Sequence record: SRR20825006_1611
Direction: 5' to 3' (one strand)
Length of the DNA: 64,000 nucleotides
Shown: positions 1 to 10,347 of the stretch, piece by piece
Layout: every line of letters begins with the position of its first letter
Position numbering within the stretch: the stretch's first letter is position 1
Made by a program: the position numbers and the translations under genes
Notes under the pieces: generated by a model
Told to the model about the DNA's origin: nothing
The model's input: only the letters and a program-made list of their open reading frames with translations
Database searches by the model: none

Positions 1-765
1 CCCGGCTGGCATATCGAATGCTCGGCCATGGCCGCAAAGCATCTCGGCAAGACGATCGACATTCATGGTGGCGGGATTGATCTTCAGTTTCCGCATCATG
101 AAAACGAAATTGCCCAGTCCGAATGCGCGCATGGTGAGATCATGGCGAACTATTGGATGCACAATGGCTTCCTGGATATGGGCGGCGAGAAGATGTCGAA
201 ATCGCTCGGCAATGTCGTTCTGGTGCACGAGCTATTGAAGCAATGGCACGGTGAAGTGCTGCGCTTTGCCATGCTGAGCGGGCATTACCGCGCGCCGCTC
301 GACTGGACGGAAGACTTGCTGAAACAGGCCAAGACAACGCTCGACCGGATTTATGGCGCGTTGCGCCGTGTGTGGGACGCTGAAGGCGGTGAAGTCGATG
401 ACCGGGGCGTCTTCGACGCACTTTGTGATGATCTGAACACACCCGAAGCGCTCGCTTCGCTCTCGCGCATTGCCGGCGAAGCGAACATGGCGGCGGACAA
501 GGGAGATACGGATGCTATGGCGACGGCCCGCGCAAATTTGCTCGATGCCGGCGAAATGCTTGGGCTTTTGACCCTGACTCCCAAAGCCTGGGAACAGGGC
601 GGGGATGATGATGGCAATGACCGCATCAATGGACTTGTTCAGGCGCGTATCGATGCGCGTGCAGCCAAGGACTGGGCTGAAGCTGACCGAATTCGTGATC
701 AACTTGCTGCCGAAGGTATTGAGATCATGGATGGGGCCGGTGGCTCGACTTGGCGACGTATTTGA
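1..765 (+). CDS. cysS: cysteine--tRNA ligase, C-terminal part (starts before window)
   Basis: PGWHIECSAM, DIHGGGIDLQFPHHENE and KMSKS motifs. Confidence 0.97.
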   Translation, partial: PGWHIECSAMAAKHLGKTIDIHGGGIDLQFPHHENEIAQSECAHGEIMANYWMHNGFLDMGGEKMSKSLGNVVLVHELLKQWHGEVLRFAMLSGHYRAPLDWTEDLLKQAKTTLDRIYGALRRVWDAEGGEVDDRGVFDALCDDLNTPEALASLSRIAGEANMAADKGDTDAMATARANLLDAGEMLGLLTLTPKAWEQGGDDDGNDRINGLVQARIDARAAKDWAEADRIRDQLAAEGIEIMDGAGGSTWRRI

Positions 766-882
766 TTTTTCAGGCCGACTGCAATTGCCCCGATGACGGA
801 AGCTTTAATTGACCTTAACAGGCCGCTCCTGTGTGTTCGGGCCACGGCCTGAGCGCCCCGTTTTCAATGCACGACACGCCTT

Positions 883-926
883 TGCCGCCTGCCTCGCGTT
901 CGCGCCTGAGTCAGGCGGCATTTTTT
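883..926 (+). terminator. intrinsic terminator downstream of cysS
   Basis: TGCCGCCTG...CAGGCGGCA stem followed by TTTTTT. Confidence 0.75.
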
Positions 927-967
927 GTCACCATGCCTCAGCCTTGCGCCGTGCGCCTGCGAAGGCC

Positions 968-1438
968 ATGTTTCAGGCGATGAGCGAACTGTACCATAAT
1001 CGTGTTCTCGAACTCGCAGCAGACATCCAGCATGTGGGTGATCTGACAGATCCTGACGGGTCTGTCCTGAAGGTATCGCGTGTGTGCGGTTCGACCGTGA
1101 AGGTTGATCTGAAATTGGACGAAGCGGGCGCGCGCATCATGGCCATCGCAGTGGATCCAAAGGCTTGCGCTCTCGGGCAGGCGGCTACCTCGATCCTTGC
1201 TGAACACGCTATCGGTGCAACGATCGAAGAGGTGATCGCGGCGCGAGACGCTTTGAAAGACATGCTGAAAGACAATGGACCTCCGCCGGAAGGCCGCTTC
1301 TGGGAGCTGCGCCATCTGGAACCCGTGGCCGATTATCCCCCTCGCCATACGTCCACGCTGCTGGCTTTTGAGGCGGCGGTTGCTGCCATCGAGGAGGCAT
1401 TGGCAAGCCGCGGTCTCGCCCGCGAGACGGCAGGCTGA
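968..1438 (+). CDS. NifU/IscU-like Fe-S assembly scaffold protein
   Basis: SRVCGS and ACALGQA motifs; start 968 or 980. Confidence 0.85.
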   Translation: MFQAMSELYHNRVLELAADIQHVGDLTDPDGSVLKVSRVCGSTVKVDLKLDEAGARIMAIAVDPKACALGQAATSILAEHAIGATIEEVIAARDALKDMLKDNGPPPEGRFWELRHLEPVADYPPRHTSTLLAFEAAVAAIEEALASRGLARETAG

Positions 1439-1439
1439 G

Positions 1440-1787
1440 ATGGCCGGTTTGCGGCGTCGATCAGCGAATGGTCTGCTTTGGGTCTACAAGCATGGCCCAA
1501 GCCAGGTGTTCTACGCGTTCGGCGCGCGCTGTCAGCACACGCCAACCTGCAGTGAGTATGGCGCCGAATGTGTTGCGCGGTTTGGATGGTGGCCGGGCAT
1601 ATGGATGGCGCTGGCGCGTTTCATCCGGTGCCGACCGGGCGGCAGTCTCGGCAAGGACCCGGTGCCGGAAACCCTGCCAGATGTGCCGGTCTGGCAGCCT
1701 TGGCGGTATGGCGAATGGTCGGCGCGCAAGGCCATGGAACGAATTGAAAACCGCCCGTCGTCATGCCATATGAAACCTGATGAGTGA
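1440..1787 (+). CDS. yidD: membrane protein insertion efficiency factor
   Basis: CQHTPTCSEY...RFIRCRP..G.DPVP pattern. Confidence 0.88.
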   Translation: MAGLRRRSANGLLWVYKHGPSQVFYAFGARCQHTPTCSEYGAECVARFGWWPGIWMALARFIRCRPGGSLGKDPVPETLPDVPVWQPWRYGEWSARKAMERIENRPSSCHMKPDE

Positions 1788-2066
1788 AAATCGTTGCCTT
1801 CTTGGCCCTGTTGGCCTGACCACACGAACTCGCCGGGGTGCCTGACGCGCCCCTTGGCTGCGCCTTTGTGCGCGCCCGCTTCATGTACCCATAAACAGCC
1901 CAAAAGAAGCCCGGATAGGGTCCGAAAACCCCGCCACTGCGCGAGAAATGCGTATGGGGTGGGAAATCTGGTGAAGTCGCGTTAAGCAGACGCCGGATAA
2001 AGGGCCTGACCGGAACCGAATTTGCCGCGCTGTACAGAGCGCAAGAATGCACGAAAAGATTAGACC

Positions 2067-4040
2067 ATGATCAAAGTATCCCTGCCAGACGGCTCCGTCC
2101 GCGAATATGAAGAGGGCGCGTCGCCCTTTTACGTCGCCAAATCGATTTCCAATTCCCTCGCCAAGAAGGCGCTCGCCGCCCGGGTTGACGGCGAGCTGAG
2201 AGATTTAATGCGCCCGCTCGATGGCGACGCAAAGGTGGAACTCGTCACGGCGAATGATCCCGAAGGCCTTGAACTGATCCGCCATGATGCGGCCCACGTG
2301 CTCGCCCAGGCGGTACAGGAACTCTATCCCGACGCGCAGGTCACGATTGGCCCAGTCATTGATGATGGCTTCTATTACGACTTTGCCCGCGAAGAGCCGT
2401 TCTCGACGGAAGATTTCGAGAAGATCGAAAAGAAAATGCGCGAGATTGTCGACGCGGACTATCCGATTGTCCGCGAGGTCTGGGACAAGGACCAGGCCAT
2501 CGAGACGTTCAAGAAGATCGGCGAAGACTACAAGGCGCGGATCATCGACGACATCATTCCGCCGGGCGAAGCAATCACAGTCTACAAGCAAGGCGACTGG
2601 TTCGACCTTTGTCGCGGCCCGCACCTGCCCAGCACGGGCAAGTTGCCGAAGGCCTTCAAGCTGATGAAGCTGGCGGGCGCCTATTGGCGTGGCGACTCCA
2701 AGAACGAAATGCTTCAGCGCATGTACGGCACGGCTTGGGCCAATGAGAAAGACCTCAAGGCGCATCTGCTACGCCTCGAAGAGGCCGAAAAGCGTGACCA
2801 TCGCAAACTCGCGACGCAGCTCGACCTGTTCCATCTCGACGGCCTGGCGGCAGCCGGGTCCATCTTCTGGCACCCGAAAGGCTACCAGATCTGGTTGCAG
2901 ATCGAATCCTATATGCGCCGGCGTCTCGATGCGGCCGGCTATGAAGAGATCAAGACGCCGCAATTGATGGATTCGGTTCAGTGGGAGAAATCCGGTCACT
3001 GGGGCAAGTATCGCGAGAACATGTTCATCGTGCCGGATTTCATTCCTGAAGGTGATGAAGGCGTGGACATTTCGGTGCCTGACGATGCCAAACTTATGGC
3101 GTTGAAACCCATGAACTGTCCGGCGCATGTCGAAGTCTTCAAACAGGGCCAGAAATCCTATCGCGACCTGCCGCTGCGCTTGGCGGAATTCGGGTGTTGC
3201 CACCGCAACGAGCCGCATGGCGCGCTGCATGGCATCATGCGGGTCCGTCAATTCACGCAGGACGATGCGCACATCTTCTGCCGTGAAGACCAGATCGTCG
3301 AGGAGTCTATCCGCTTCTGTCGCCTGCTCGAAAACGTGTACCGGGATTTCGGCTTTGAGAATATCGCCGTGAAACTCTCCACACGTCCGGATGTCCGGGC
3401 CGGGGATGACGCAACCTGGGACCGGGCCGAGAAAGGCCTGCAGGACGCCGTTGATGCAGCGGGCCTGCCCTGTGAGATCATGCCCGGGGAAGGGGCCTTC
3501 TACGGACCCAAGCTTGAATTCCAACTCACGGACGCGATCGGCCGGGTTTGGCAATGTGGTACGTTGCAGCTGGACTATGTTCTGCCAGAGCGTCTCGGCG
3601 CTGAATATACGGCGTCGGACGGTTCAAAGCAGCGCCCGGTCATGTTGCACCGCGCCATCCTGGGCTCGATGGAGCGCTTTATCGGTATCTTGATCGAGGA
3701 GTTTTCCGGCGCTTTCCCTATGTGGCTGTCACCGGTGCAAGTTGTCGTTGCGGCGATCACAGACGCAGCGAACGAGTACGCTGAGGAAGCAGCGGCTGCT
3801 CTGCGCAAGGCCGGACTGCGCGTCGAGACCGATCTTCGCAATGAGAAGATTAACTACAAGGTTCGCGAGCATTCGGTTCAGAAAGTGCCAATCATTGCGG
3901 TGGTTGGTGGTCGTGAGGCTGAGGACCGTACACTGGCGTTGCGTCGGCTTGGCAGCAATGGTCAGCAAATGATCTCGCTGGAGGATGCCTGCCGCGATCT
4001 CGCCCAAGAAGCCCTCGCACCAGACCTGAAGTCCGACTAG
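2067..4040 (+). CDS. thrS: threonine--tRNA ligase
   Basis: TGS N-terminus, DLCRGPH, KPMNCP, HRAILGS and anticodon domain. Confidence 0.98.
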   Translation: MIKVSLPDGSVREYEEGASPFYVAKSISNSLAKKALAARVDGELRDLMRPLDGDAKVELVTANDPEGLELIRHDAAHVLAQAVQELYPDAQVTIGPVIDDGFYYDFAREEPFSTEDFEKIEKKMREIVDADYPIVREVWDKDQAIETFKKIGEDYKARIIDDIIPPGEAITVYKQGDWFDLCRGPHLPSTGKLPKAFKLMKLAGAYWRGDSKNEMLQRMYGTAWANEKDLKAHLLRLEEAEKRDHRKLATQLDLFHLDGLAAAGSIFWHPKGYQIWLQIESYMRRRLDAAGYEEIKTPQLMDSVQWEKSGHWGKYRENMFIVPDFIPEGDEGVDISVPDDAKLMALKPMNCPAHVEVFKQGQKSYRDLPLRLAEFGCCHRNEPHGALHGIMRVRQFTQDDAHIFCREDQIVEESIRFCRLLENVYRDFGFENIAVKLSTRPDVRAGDDATWDRAEKGLQDAVDAAGLPCEIMPGEGAFYGPKLEFQLTDAIGRVWQCGTLQLDYVLPERLGAEYTASDGSKQRPVMLHRAILGSMERFIGILIEEFSGAFPMWLSPVQVVVAAITDAANEYAEEAAAALRKAGLRVETDLRNEKINYKVREHSVQKVPIIAVVGGREAEDRTLALRRLGSNGQQMISLEDACRDLAQEALAPDLKSD

Positions 4041-4080
4041 TCCGGATCAACAGGTGACAGGTACTGCGGAACACGAAAAG

Positions 4081-5337
4081 ATGCGCGGCATGAGCTACGC
4101 ACCTTTTCTCGCCGCGGCCTTCCTGTTGTGGCCTTTGACCTCCATGGCAGGGACGCAAGGTAACGTCCTGCTGCTCGCGCTGGCTGCGATTCCTGCATTA
4201 TTTGTTGCACGACCCGGTATCCGTCCGGCCCACTACCTGCTGGCGGGCATGGCCTTTCTGGTCTGGGCCGTTGCGAGTGAGTCCTGGTCTCCGGTCTCGC
4301 GAGGAATCATCAGTGGGACATTGATGGGCGGCGACTTTGCCATTCGGTCCGCCGGGCTGCGCATCATATTGACGCTTTTCTTCACCACGCTCTTGATAGC
4401 CGGTGCATTGCGAACTGCGCCCGGGCGCGCACAGATCTCGTCCCGCCTGATATTGGGAAGCCTCTCCATACATGGTCTGCTGATCCTGCTCAGCCCGGTC
4501 TTCGCGACTTCAGTGATGCCCGTCTTCTACGGGGATGATCCGCTCAATCATTCCTCAGGCTTTCAGAACCTTGATCGGGGTGCGAACGCTTTTGCGCTCG
4601 TACTGCCTATACTTGTAGCATATGTCGGGGCCCGGCCAGGCTTGGCATGGAAGGGGCTCGCACTGATGATTGCGCTGGCCAGCCTTGTCAGCTTCGGCGT
4701 TCTCGGATCGTCAGCCGCCATGTTTGGCGCGGCTTTGATGCTCGTCGCTTTCGTTATTGTTCGGGTCTTCCCAAAGTATGGCCTGCGCGGCCTGTTCACG
4801 ACTGTCGCTGCCTATATTGCGCTGGCGCCGGTCTTGATGAGTGGACTGCTCTACATGCTGGAGCGAAGTGGTGTGAACTTGCCGGGGTCTTTCCAGTCTC
4901 GCGCCTGGTCGTGGGAAGTCGTGATCGGGAAGATTCAGGAGGCACCGCTGATGGGGCATGGTATCGAAGCATCAAAATCCTGGCAGGACACGTATGCAGC
5001 CTATCCGGAATGGATGGCGCAGTTGCCGGATTTCTGGGCGCGGTATCCGGTCGTTCCGGGGCATCCGCACAATATGGCCTTGCAGATATGGGCCGAGACG
5101 GGCGCAGTTGGTGCATTTGTTGCGGCACTCGCCGTTCTGCTGATCGGATGGCGACTGCCAATTGGGCACAATTTACGCGCGGATATTCACTACGCGATTG
5201 GCGGCATGCTGGCGGCGGCGTTCTGCCTGTTCAGTTTTTCCTATAGTGTCTGGAATGAAGCTTTCTGGTCTACCTTGGCGCTCGCTGTCGTTGCGCTGAT
5301 TGTTCTGTCTCGCCGTGTGAGAGGATCGCTTGGATGA
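4081..5337 (+). CDS. O-antigen ligase/Wzy_C family membrane protein
   Basis: multi-TM; R..W...PLMGHG and HPHNMALQIWAETG motifs. Confidence 0.85.
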   Translation: MRGMSYAPFLAAAFLLWPLTSMAGTQGNVLLLALAAIPALFVARPGIRPAHYLLAGMAFLVWAVASESWSPVSRGIISGTLMGGDFAIRSAGLRIILTLFFTTLLIAGALRTAPGRAQISSRLILGSLSIHGLLILLSPVFATSVMPVFYGDDPLNHSSGFQNLDRGANAFALVLPILVAYVGARPGLAWKGLALMIALASLVSFGVLGSSAAMFGAALMLVAFVIVRVFPKYGLRGLFTTVAAYIALAPVLMSGLLYMLERSGVNLPGSFQSRAWSWEVVIGKIQEAPLMGHGIEASKSWQDTYAAYPEWMAQLPDFWARYPVVPGHPHNMALQIWAETGAVGAFVAALAVLLIGWRLPIGHNLRADIHYAIGGMLAAAFCLFSFSYSVWNEAFWSTLALAVVALIVLSRRVRGSLG

Positions 5338-6143
5338 CTCTCCCGACAATTACGGCGATCGTTGTGACCTATCATACCGGCCCTCGCTTGCATGAATGTC
5401 TCTATGCCCTGAAGTCCGATCCGGACATTTCTGAAATTATCATTGTCGACAACGGAAATCGGCCAGAGGAACAGTCCTGGATCGATGAGTTCGAGGCAAA
5501 TTCAGATAAAGTCCACATCGTCCGTGATGGCACGAATCCCGGTTTTGGGGCCGGGGTGAACAAGGGTGCGGCGGGGGCGCTCGGCAATCTGCTTCTCGTC
5601 ATCAATCCGGATGCGGTTCTGCGCCGCGGTTCGCTTGCAAGACTTGTGGCGGCAATGGAGAAGCGTGCTGAACCCGTCCTGGTCGGCGGCAAGATTTTTG
5701 ATATCCACGGTCGTGAGGAGCGAGGCGCACGACGCAACACGCTGACGCTCTTGCGTGCGATGGGGTTTGGGAAGTGGACGTTGGAAAATGACCCGCCGCC
5801 CCGAAACTCCATCGAAGTTGGTGCAGTGTCAGGTGCCTTTTTCATGATGGATCGTCAGGCCTTTCGCAAGATGGGAGGGTTCGACGAGGGCTATTTTCTG
5901 CACGTCGAAGATGTCGACCTTTGTCGCCGGGTCCTGAAGTCTGGCGGTAGCGTAGTCTATCAACCTCATGCGGGCGCGTTGCATTATGGGTCGACGTCGG
6001 ACGTTCCCTCTGAGGCTGTGGTCGAGCACAAGGCGCGCAGCCTTGTGAAGTATTTCAGGAAATTTGCGAACGGCCCGTTGGAGCGTCTGATGGTGACGCT
6101 GATTTCACCAGTCATGGTGCGCGCCCTCAAGGCTCGTCGCTAG
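5334..6143 (+). CDS. glycosyltransferase family 2
   Basis: IIIVDN, NPGFGAGVN, INPD, GFDEGYFLHVEDVDLC; ATGA overlap with upstream gene. Confidence 0.92.
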   Translation: MTLPTITAIVVTYHTGPRLHECLYALKSDPDISEIIIVDNGNRPEEQSWIDEFEANSDKVHIVRDGTNPGFGAGVNKGAAGALGNLLLVINPDAVLRRGSLARLVAAMEKRAEPVLVGGKIFDIHGREERGARRNTLTLLRAMGFGKWTLENDPPPRNSIEVGAVSGAFFMMDRQAFRKMGGFDEGYFLHVEDVDLCRRVLKSGGSVVYQPHAGALHYGSTSDVPSEAVVEHKARSLVKYFRKFANGPLERLMVTLISPVMVRALKARR

Positions 6144-6586
6144 ACGGTTGGACGCCAATCATGGGGGGCCATTTCAAACCCGCTAAATTCGAAGCCCGGG
6201 GCAACAATACAACTGACCAGTGTCCATGCGCCCAGCGTTTCCGCTGTCTGCCAGTGTTGCGAAGGGACGACAAGTTGCGGGCGATGCCCAGCCCGCAGGT
6301 CAGGACCGAGCGTCACCGCACTTGCCCCTTGGCCGTCGGGTGGCGATAGCGTGAGGGAAAGAGGGCCGCCCGCATGCCATAGCCAGAATTCGTCAGCATC
6401 TACCCTATGCCATGCCGAGACTTCGTCAGCTTGCAGCAGATAGTAGATCATCGTGGAACTGGCGCGGCTGCCGTCCGATGTCGGCGCGCGATACGTTTCC
6501 CGGAAGTGTCCTCCCTCTGGGTGAGGGGTCAGATCCAGCATGCGGATGATCTCTCGGGCGCCGAGATCTCCGGAAATACCCCGCAT
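6140..6586 (-). CDS. DUF985 cupin-domain protein
   Basis: PHPEGGHFRET, WHRVDADE, VAPGFEF. Confidence 0.9.
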   Translation of the reverse strand: MRGISGDLGAREIIRMLDLTPHPEGGHFRETYRAPTSDGSRASSTMIYYLLQADEVSAWHRVDADEFWLWHAGGPLSLTLSPPDGQGASAVTLGPDLRAGHRPQLVVPSQHWQTAETLGAWTLVSCIVAPGFEFSGFEMAPHDWRPTV

Positions 6587-7359
6587 CAGAAGCGGTCCTT
6601 GCGTCCACGTATTTCGGCGAAGGTTTCGACGGTGTTGCCGGGATGACCCATCGCCGCCTGGAGTACAGGATCGTCGGCACGCAAGAATGGGTTCGTGGCA
6701 AGTTCTTTGTCCAACCTCGTTGGAACAGTTGGAAGGCCCTCTGCACGACGCTCGTCAATCCAGAGCGCGTAATCCGTCAGTGCTTTATTCTGCGGGTCGA
6801 CCGTGACGGCAAACCTTGCATTGGCCTGTGTATATTCATGCGCGCAGTAGAGCTGGGTTTCTGGCGGCAGAGCTTTCAGCTTGGTCAGGCTGTTCCACAT
6901 CATCTCCATCGTGCCTTCAAAAACACGGCCGCAACCTAGTGCAAAGACAGCGTCTCCGACAAATGCGACGTCTTGATCTGAGAAATGATAGGCGATGTGG
7001 CCTAGCGTATGCCCGGGCACATCCATCACGCGCGCGTTCGTACGCCCAAATTCGACGATATCGCCTTCGGATAGTTTCACATCAATGCCGGGAATTTTTT
7101 CCGCTTCACCGGCTGGTCCGTAAATGGTGCATCCCGTGACTTCCTTGATCCGCAAGTTCCCGCCCGCATGGTCGGGGTGCCAGTGCGTGTTCAGGATGTG
7201 CGTAACCGTCCAGCCTCTACGATCGGCCTCGGCAAGGTACTTTTCGGCATCCGGCGTATCGATTGCCGCAGTCTTTCCTGAGACAGGTTCATGAACCAGA
7301 TAGCCGTAATTATCGTTCAGGCAGGGAAATTTGTGTATGTCGAGGTTGATTTTCGTCAT
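6586..7359 (-). CDS. gloB: hydroxyacylglutathione hydrolase (glyoxalase II)
   Basis: THWHPDHAGG, PGHTLGH, GCGR, CAHEYT, TNPFLR. Confidence 0.95.
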   Translation of the reverse strand: MTKINLDIHKFPCLNDNYGYLVHEPVSGKTAAIDTPDAEKYLAEADRRGWTVTHILNTHWHPDHAGGNLRIKEVTGCTIYGPAGEAEKIPGIDVKLSEGDIVEFGRTNARVMDVPGHTLGHIAYHFSDQDVAFVGDAVFALGCGRVFEGTMEMMWNSLTKLKALPPETQLYCAHEYTQANARFAVTVDPQNKALTDYALWIDERRAEGLPTVPTRLDKELATNPFLRADDPVLQAAMGHPGNTVETFAEIRGRKDRF

Positions 7360-7397
7360 TAGCGTCTCCTGCAGACCAGACTAGCACAGGCCACTTC

Positions 7398-8141
7398 ATG
7401 CGTCAGGATGCCGTCACCTTGCAACGTTTCTATGCCTCGCCTTTGGGGCAGGCAGCGACGCGCATCCTGTCCGGCAAGCTGACGGATCTCTGGGGAGATG
7501 CGCGCGGCCTCTCTCTGCTGGGTCTGGGATACGCCATTCCGGTGCTCGAGGCCTTTGGTGCTGCGCCGGGGCGCAGCGTGGCAGGTATCCCGCTCGATCA
7601 TGGACCTGTCTCATGGGACCCGTTCGGTCGCGGCAATGCGGCGGTCGCCATAGGCGATGTTCGGCTGCCCTTTCCGGACGGCATGTTTGATCGTGTGATC
7701 GTGCTGCATGGGATCGAGGAATCGGGCAATCCGCGAGCCTATTTGCGGGAAATCTGGCGGATAACGGCTCCAGAGGGTCGTATTGTATTGGCGGCGTCCA
7801 ACCGGTCCGGCTTGTGGTCGCGCGCGACCAAGACGCCGTTTGGCCAAGGCCGCCCCTGGACACGCGCCCAGCTCATGAATCTGCTTTCGATCGGGCTGTT
7901 TCAGGTTACAGCGTCCAGTAGTGCGCTTTACATGCCGCCAATGGCGACACCTTTGGTGAGTTCGGGGGCCGAAGGCTGGGAAGTGATGGGCCGAATGCTC
8001 GCGCCGGGGCTCGGTGGCGTGGTGTTGGTGGAGGCAGTGAAACGCCTTTATGCCTCTCCTGGAGGCGGCGCTACAGCACCAGTGACCGAAAAAGTGCGTC
8101 TGGCGCGGCCTGCGACAAGCAATGGTCGCGAAAGCCATTGA
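7398..8141 (+). CDS. class I SAM-dependent methyltransferase-like protein
   Basis: LGLGYA and LPFPDGMFDR; divergent from gloB. Confidence 0.82.
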   Translation: MRQDAVTLQRFYASPLGQAATRILSGKLTDLWGDARGLSLLGLGYAIPVLEAFGAAPGRSVAGIPLDHGPVSWDPFGRGNAAVAIGDVRLPFPDGMFDRVIVLHGIEESGNPRAYLREIWRITAPEGRIVLAASNRSGLWSRATKTPFGQGRPWTRAQLMNLLSIGLFQVTASSSALYMPPMATPLVSSGAEGWEVMGRMLAPGLGGVVLVEAVKRLYASPGGGATAPVTEKVRLARPATSNGRESH

Positions 8142-8209
8142 CGCCGCTACGCGCGCCTCGGTAGTTTAGAAACTCCTAATTCGCATTACAGATCAAAGGA
8201 TTGCGTGCC

Positions 8210-8554
8210 ATGAAACTCGTAACAGCCATCTTCAAGCCGAGCCGATTGGATGCGGTGATTGACGCGCTGTCCGAAGCTGGCGCGACAGGACTGACCGTAT
8301 CGGAAGTGCGCGGCTATGGTCGCCAGCTTGGCAAAACCGAAGTTTATCGCGGCGCGGAATACGAAGTGCGCCTCCTGCCCAAGGTCAAAGTGGAAGTCGC
8401 CTGCCCTGACGCCTCGGCCGAGCGCTACGCCGAGGCCATCACGCAGGCCGCCAATACGGGCACAATCGGTGACGGCAAGATCTTCATCTACGATCTCGAC
8501 AGCATTATCCGGATTCGCACCGGTGAGCGCGACGAACAGGCTGTGTCCGGCTAG
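8210..8554 (+). CDS. P-II family nitrogen regulator
   Basis: GYGRQ.G.TEVYRGAEY T-loop, LPKVK, TGTIGDGKIF, IRIRTGE. Confidence 0.95.
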   Translation: MKLVTAIFKPSRLDAVIDALSEAGATGLTVSEVRGYGRQLGKTEVYRGAEYEVRLLPKVKVEVACPDASAERYAEAITQAANTGTIGDGKIFIYDLDSIIRIRTGERDEQAVSG

Positions 8555-8928
8555 TTCTGGTCTTCCGACTTGAAGCTTGCCTGTTCAGCGCCATGGTGGA
8601 GCTGAAGGTTCAGCAACACGCCTTTTGCAACCGGTAACAACCACAAGCACAGTCCAATCACGGCCGCACATAGCGCGATGAAGGCAATGACCATCGGCAC
8701 CAGGGGCAGCGGACTCATCGGCAACAGGAACAGAAACGGCGCCAGCAATAGCAGCACACCGAAACCTACGAAAAAGGCCGGGCCGTCTGCTGTATCGGCC
8801 GCCGTCATGTCACGTCCGCAAACGGGGCAGGATTCGTTGAGCTTCAGGTAGGAGCTGTACAATTTGCCTTCGCCGCACTGGCCGCATCGCTGACGGATAC
8901 CGGAAATGATGGGGGAGGGGTGGCTCAT
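8551..8928 (-). CDS. DUF983 family protein
   Basis: CxxCGEG...CxxCG, DGPAFF, two TM helices. Confidence 0.85.
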   Translation of the reverse strand: MSHPSPIISGIRQRCGQCGEGKLYSSYLKLNESCPVCGRDMTAADTADGPAFFVGFGVLLLLAPFLFLLPMSPLPLVPMVIAFIALCAAVIGLCLWLLPVAKGVLLNLQLHHGAEQASFKSEDQN

Positions 8929-9105
8929 GATTCTGGACCTCTTTGAGCCGGATGCTTGGTCAGACCTTTACCGGCACTTTCCATACCTATGTAAGGACCG
9001 CTTGGTTGGTGTCATCTGCGGTAGATGGTTGCAGGGGCATGAAGGCCTTGACGTTGGTCGCCGTATTCCGCACCAGAACGGGCGAAATCTGACTGCAGGA
9101 ACACC

Positions 9106-10053
9106 ATGACCGAACCCGTCTTCAACAAGATCGCCATCATTGGCGCCGGCCTCATCGGCGCGTCCATCGCGAGGGCGGCTGTGCAGTACGGCGCGGCTGG
9201 GACTGTGAGCCTTTATGATTCCAGCGAAGATGTGCGCCTGCGCGCCGCTGGAATTGCGTTGGGGGATGTCGCGGACAATCTTGCCACTGCTGTGGCAGAG
9301 GCAGATTGCGTGTTCCTCTGTGTCCCCGTCGGTGCCTTGCAGGCCGTTGCTGCGGACGCTGTGCCGCTGATGAAGGCAGGAGCCGTCCTGACCGATGTGG
9401 GCTCAGTGAAAGGCCAAGCCACCGAAGCGCTTGCGGCCGCCGCCGATGGCCGCGTGCACATTATCCCGGGCCACCCCATTGCCGGTACGGAGCAATCCGG
9501 TCCGGAGGCGGGCTTTCCGACCCTGTTCCAGAATGCCTGGCACATTCTGACACCCCTGGCAGACGGGGACGACAATTACGACGCTGCTGTATCGACGCTG
9601 GAGGCGTTCTGGACGCAACTTGGCGCAACGGTTGAAACGATGGATGCAGCGCGGCACGACCGGGTCCTCGCGATCACTTCGCACCTGCCACACCTGATTG
9701 CGTTCAACATCGTTGCAACCGCGTTCGATATGGAGACCGTCGAGCAGGGCGAAGTCGTGAAGTATTCTGCTGGTGGTTTCAGGGATTTCACCCGTATCGC
9801 CGCCTCCGACCCTGTCATGTGGCGCGATGTTTTCCTGAACAACAAGGACGCCGTACTTGAGTGCCTTGGCCGGTTTTCCGAGGATCTTGCCGCGCTGCAA
9901 CGCGCGATCCGTTGGGGCGACGGAGAAACGCTTTTCAACGAGTTCAATCGCGCCCGTTCAATCCGCAAGGCCATCATTGATGCGGGCCAGGATTCTGGGG
10001 CAGTTAACTTCGGGCGGAACCTGCCCAAGGGAGATGAGGATGAAGGCGCTTGA
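9106..10053 (+). CDS. prephenate/arogenate (cyclohexadienyl) dehydrogenase
   Basis: GAGLIG, DVGSVK, HPIAGTE, SHLPH, GFRDFTRIA. Confidence 0.93.
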   Translation: MTEPVFNKIAIIGAGLIGASIARAAVQYGAAGTVSLYDSSEDVRLRAAGIALGDVADNLATAVAEADCVFLCVPVGALQAVAADAVPLMKAGAVLTDVGSVKGQATEALAAAADGRVHIIPGHPIAGTEQSGPEAGFPTLFQNAWHILTPLADGDDNYDAAVSTLEAFWTQLGATVETMDAARHDRVLAITSHLPHLIAFNIVATAFDMETVEQGEVVKYSAGGFRDFTRIAASDPVMWRDVFLNNKDAVLECLGRFSEDLAALQRAIRWGDGETLFNEFNRARSIRKAIIDAGQDSGAVNFGRNLPKGDEDEGA

Positions 10054-10279
10054 ACTGACCGAGGAGCGTCGCGCGACGTTGCGTGGCCATTTGCAAACTC
10101 TGTTTGCAACCGAATTTGACGAGCGCCTCAGCGATTTTCGGGCAGATGACATCGTCGACCTGATGCTGACGACGCTCGGTCCGGCCGTCTACAATCAGGC
10201 TGTCGCAGATGTCCGCGCTCACCTGCAGGGCAAGCTGGAGGACCTCGACGGTGAAGTCTGGGTCGAGGAAGCTGGCTGA
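10040..10279 (+). CDS. DUF2164 family protein
   Basis: LGPAVYNQAVAD motif; small acidic protein. Confidence 0.78.
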   Translation: MKALELTEERRATLRGHLQTLFATEFDERLSDFRADDIVDLMLTTLGPAVYNQAVADVRAHLQGKLEDLDGEVWVEEAG

Positions 10280-10347
10280 CATGATGCTCACGCGCTTGTG
10301 TGTCGTGCGGGACTGAACCTTTCGGTATGGTCCCGCGTATGAACCGC

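Noticed and set aside
1784-1819. 11-codon hydrophobic ORF as a thr attenuator peptide
   Set aside because: No Thr codons and no clear attenuator terminator.
3030-3095. Acidic insertion in ThrRS before KPMNCP
   Set aside because: Short variable loop, not intein-like.
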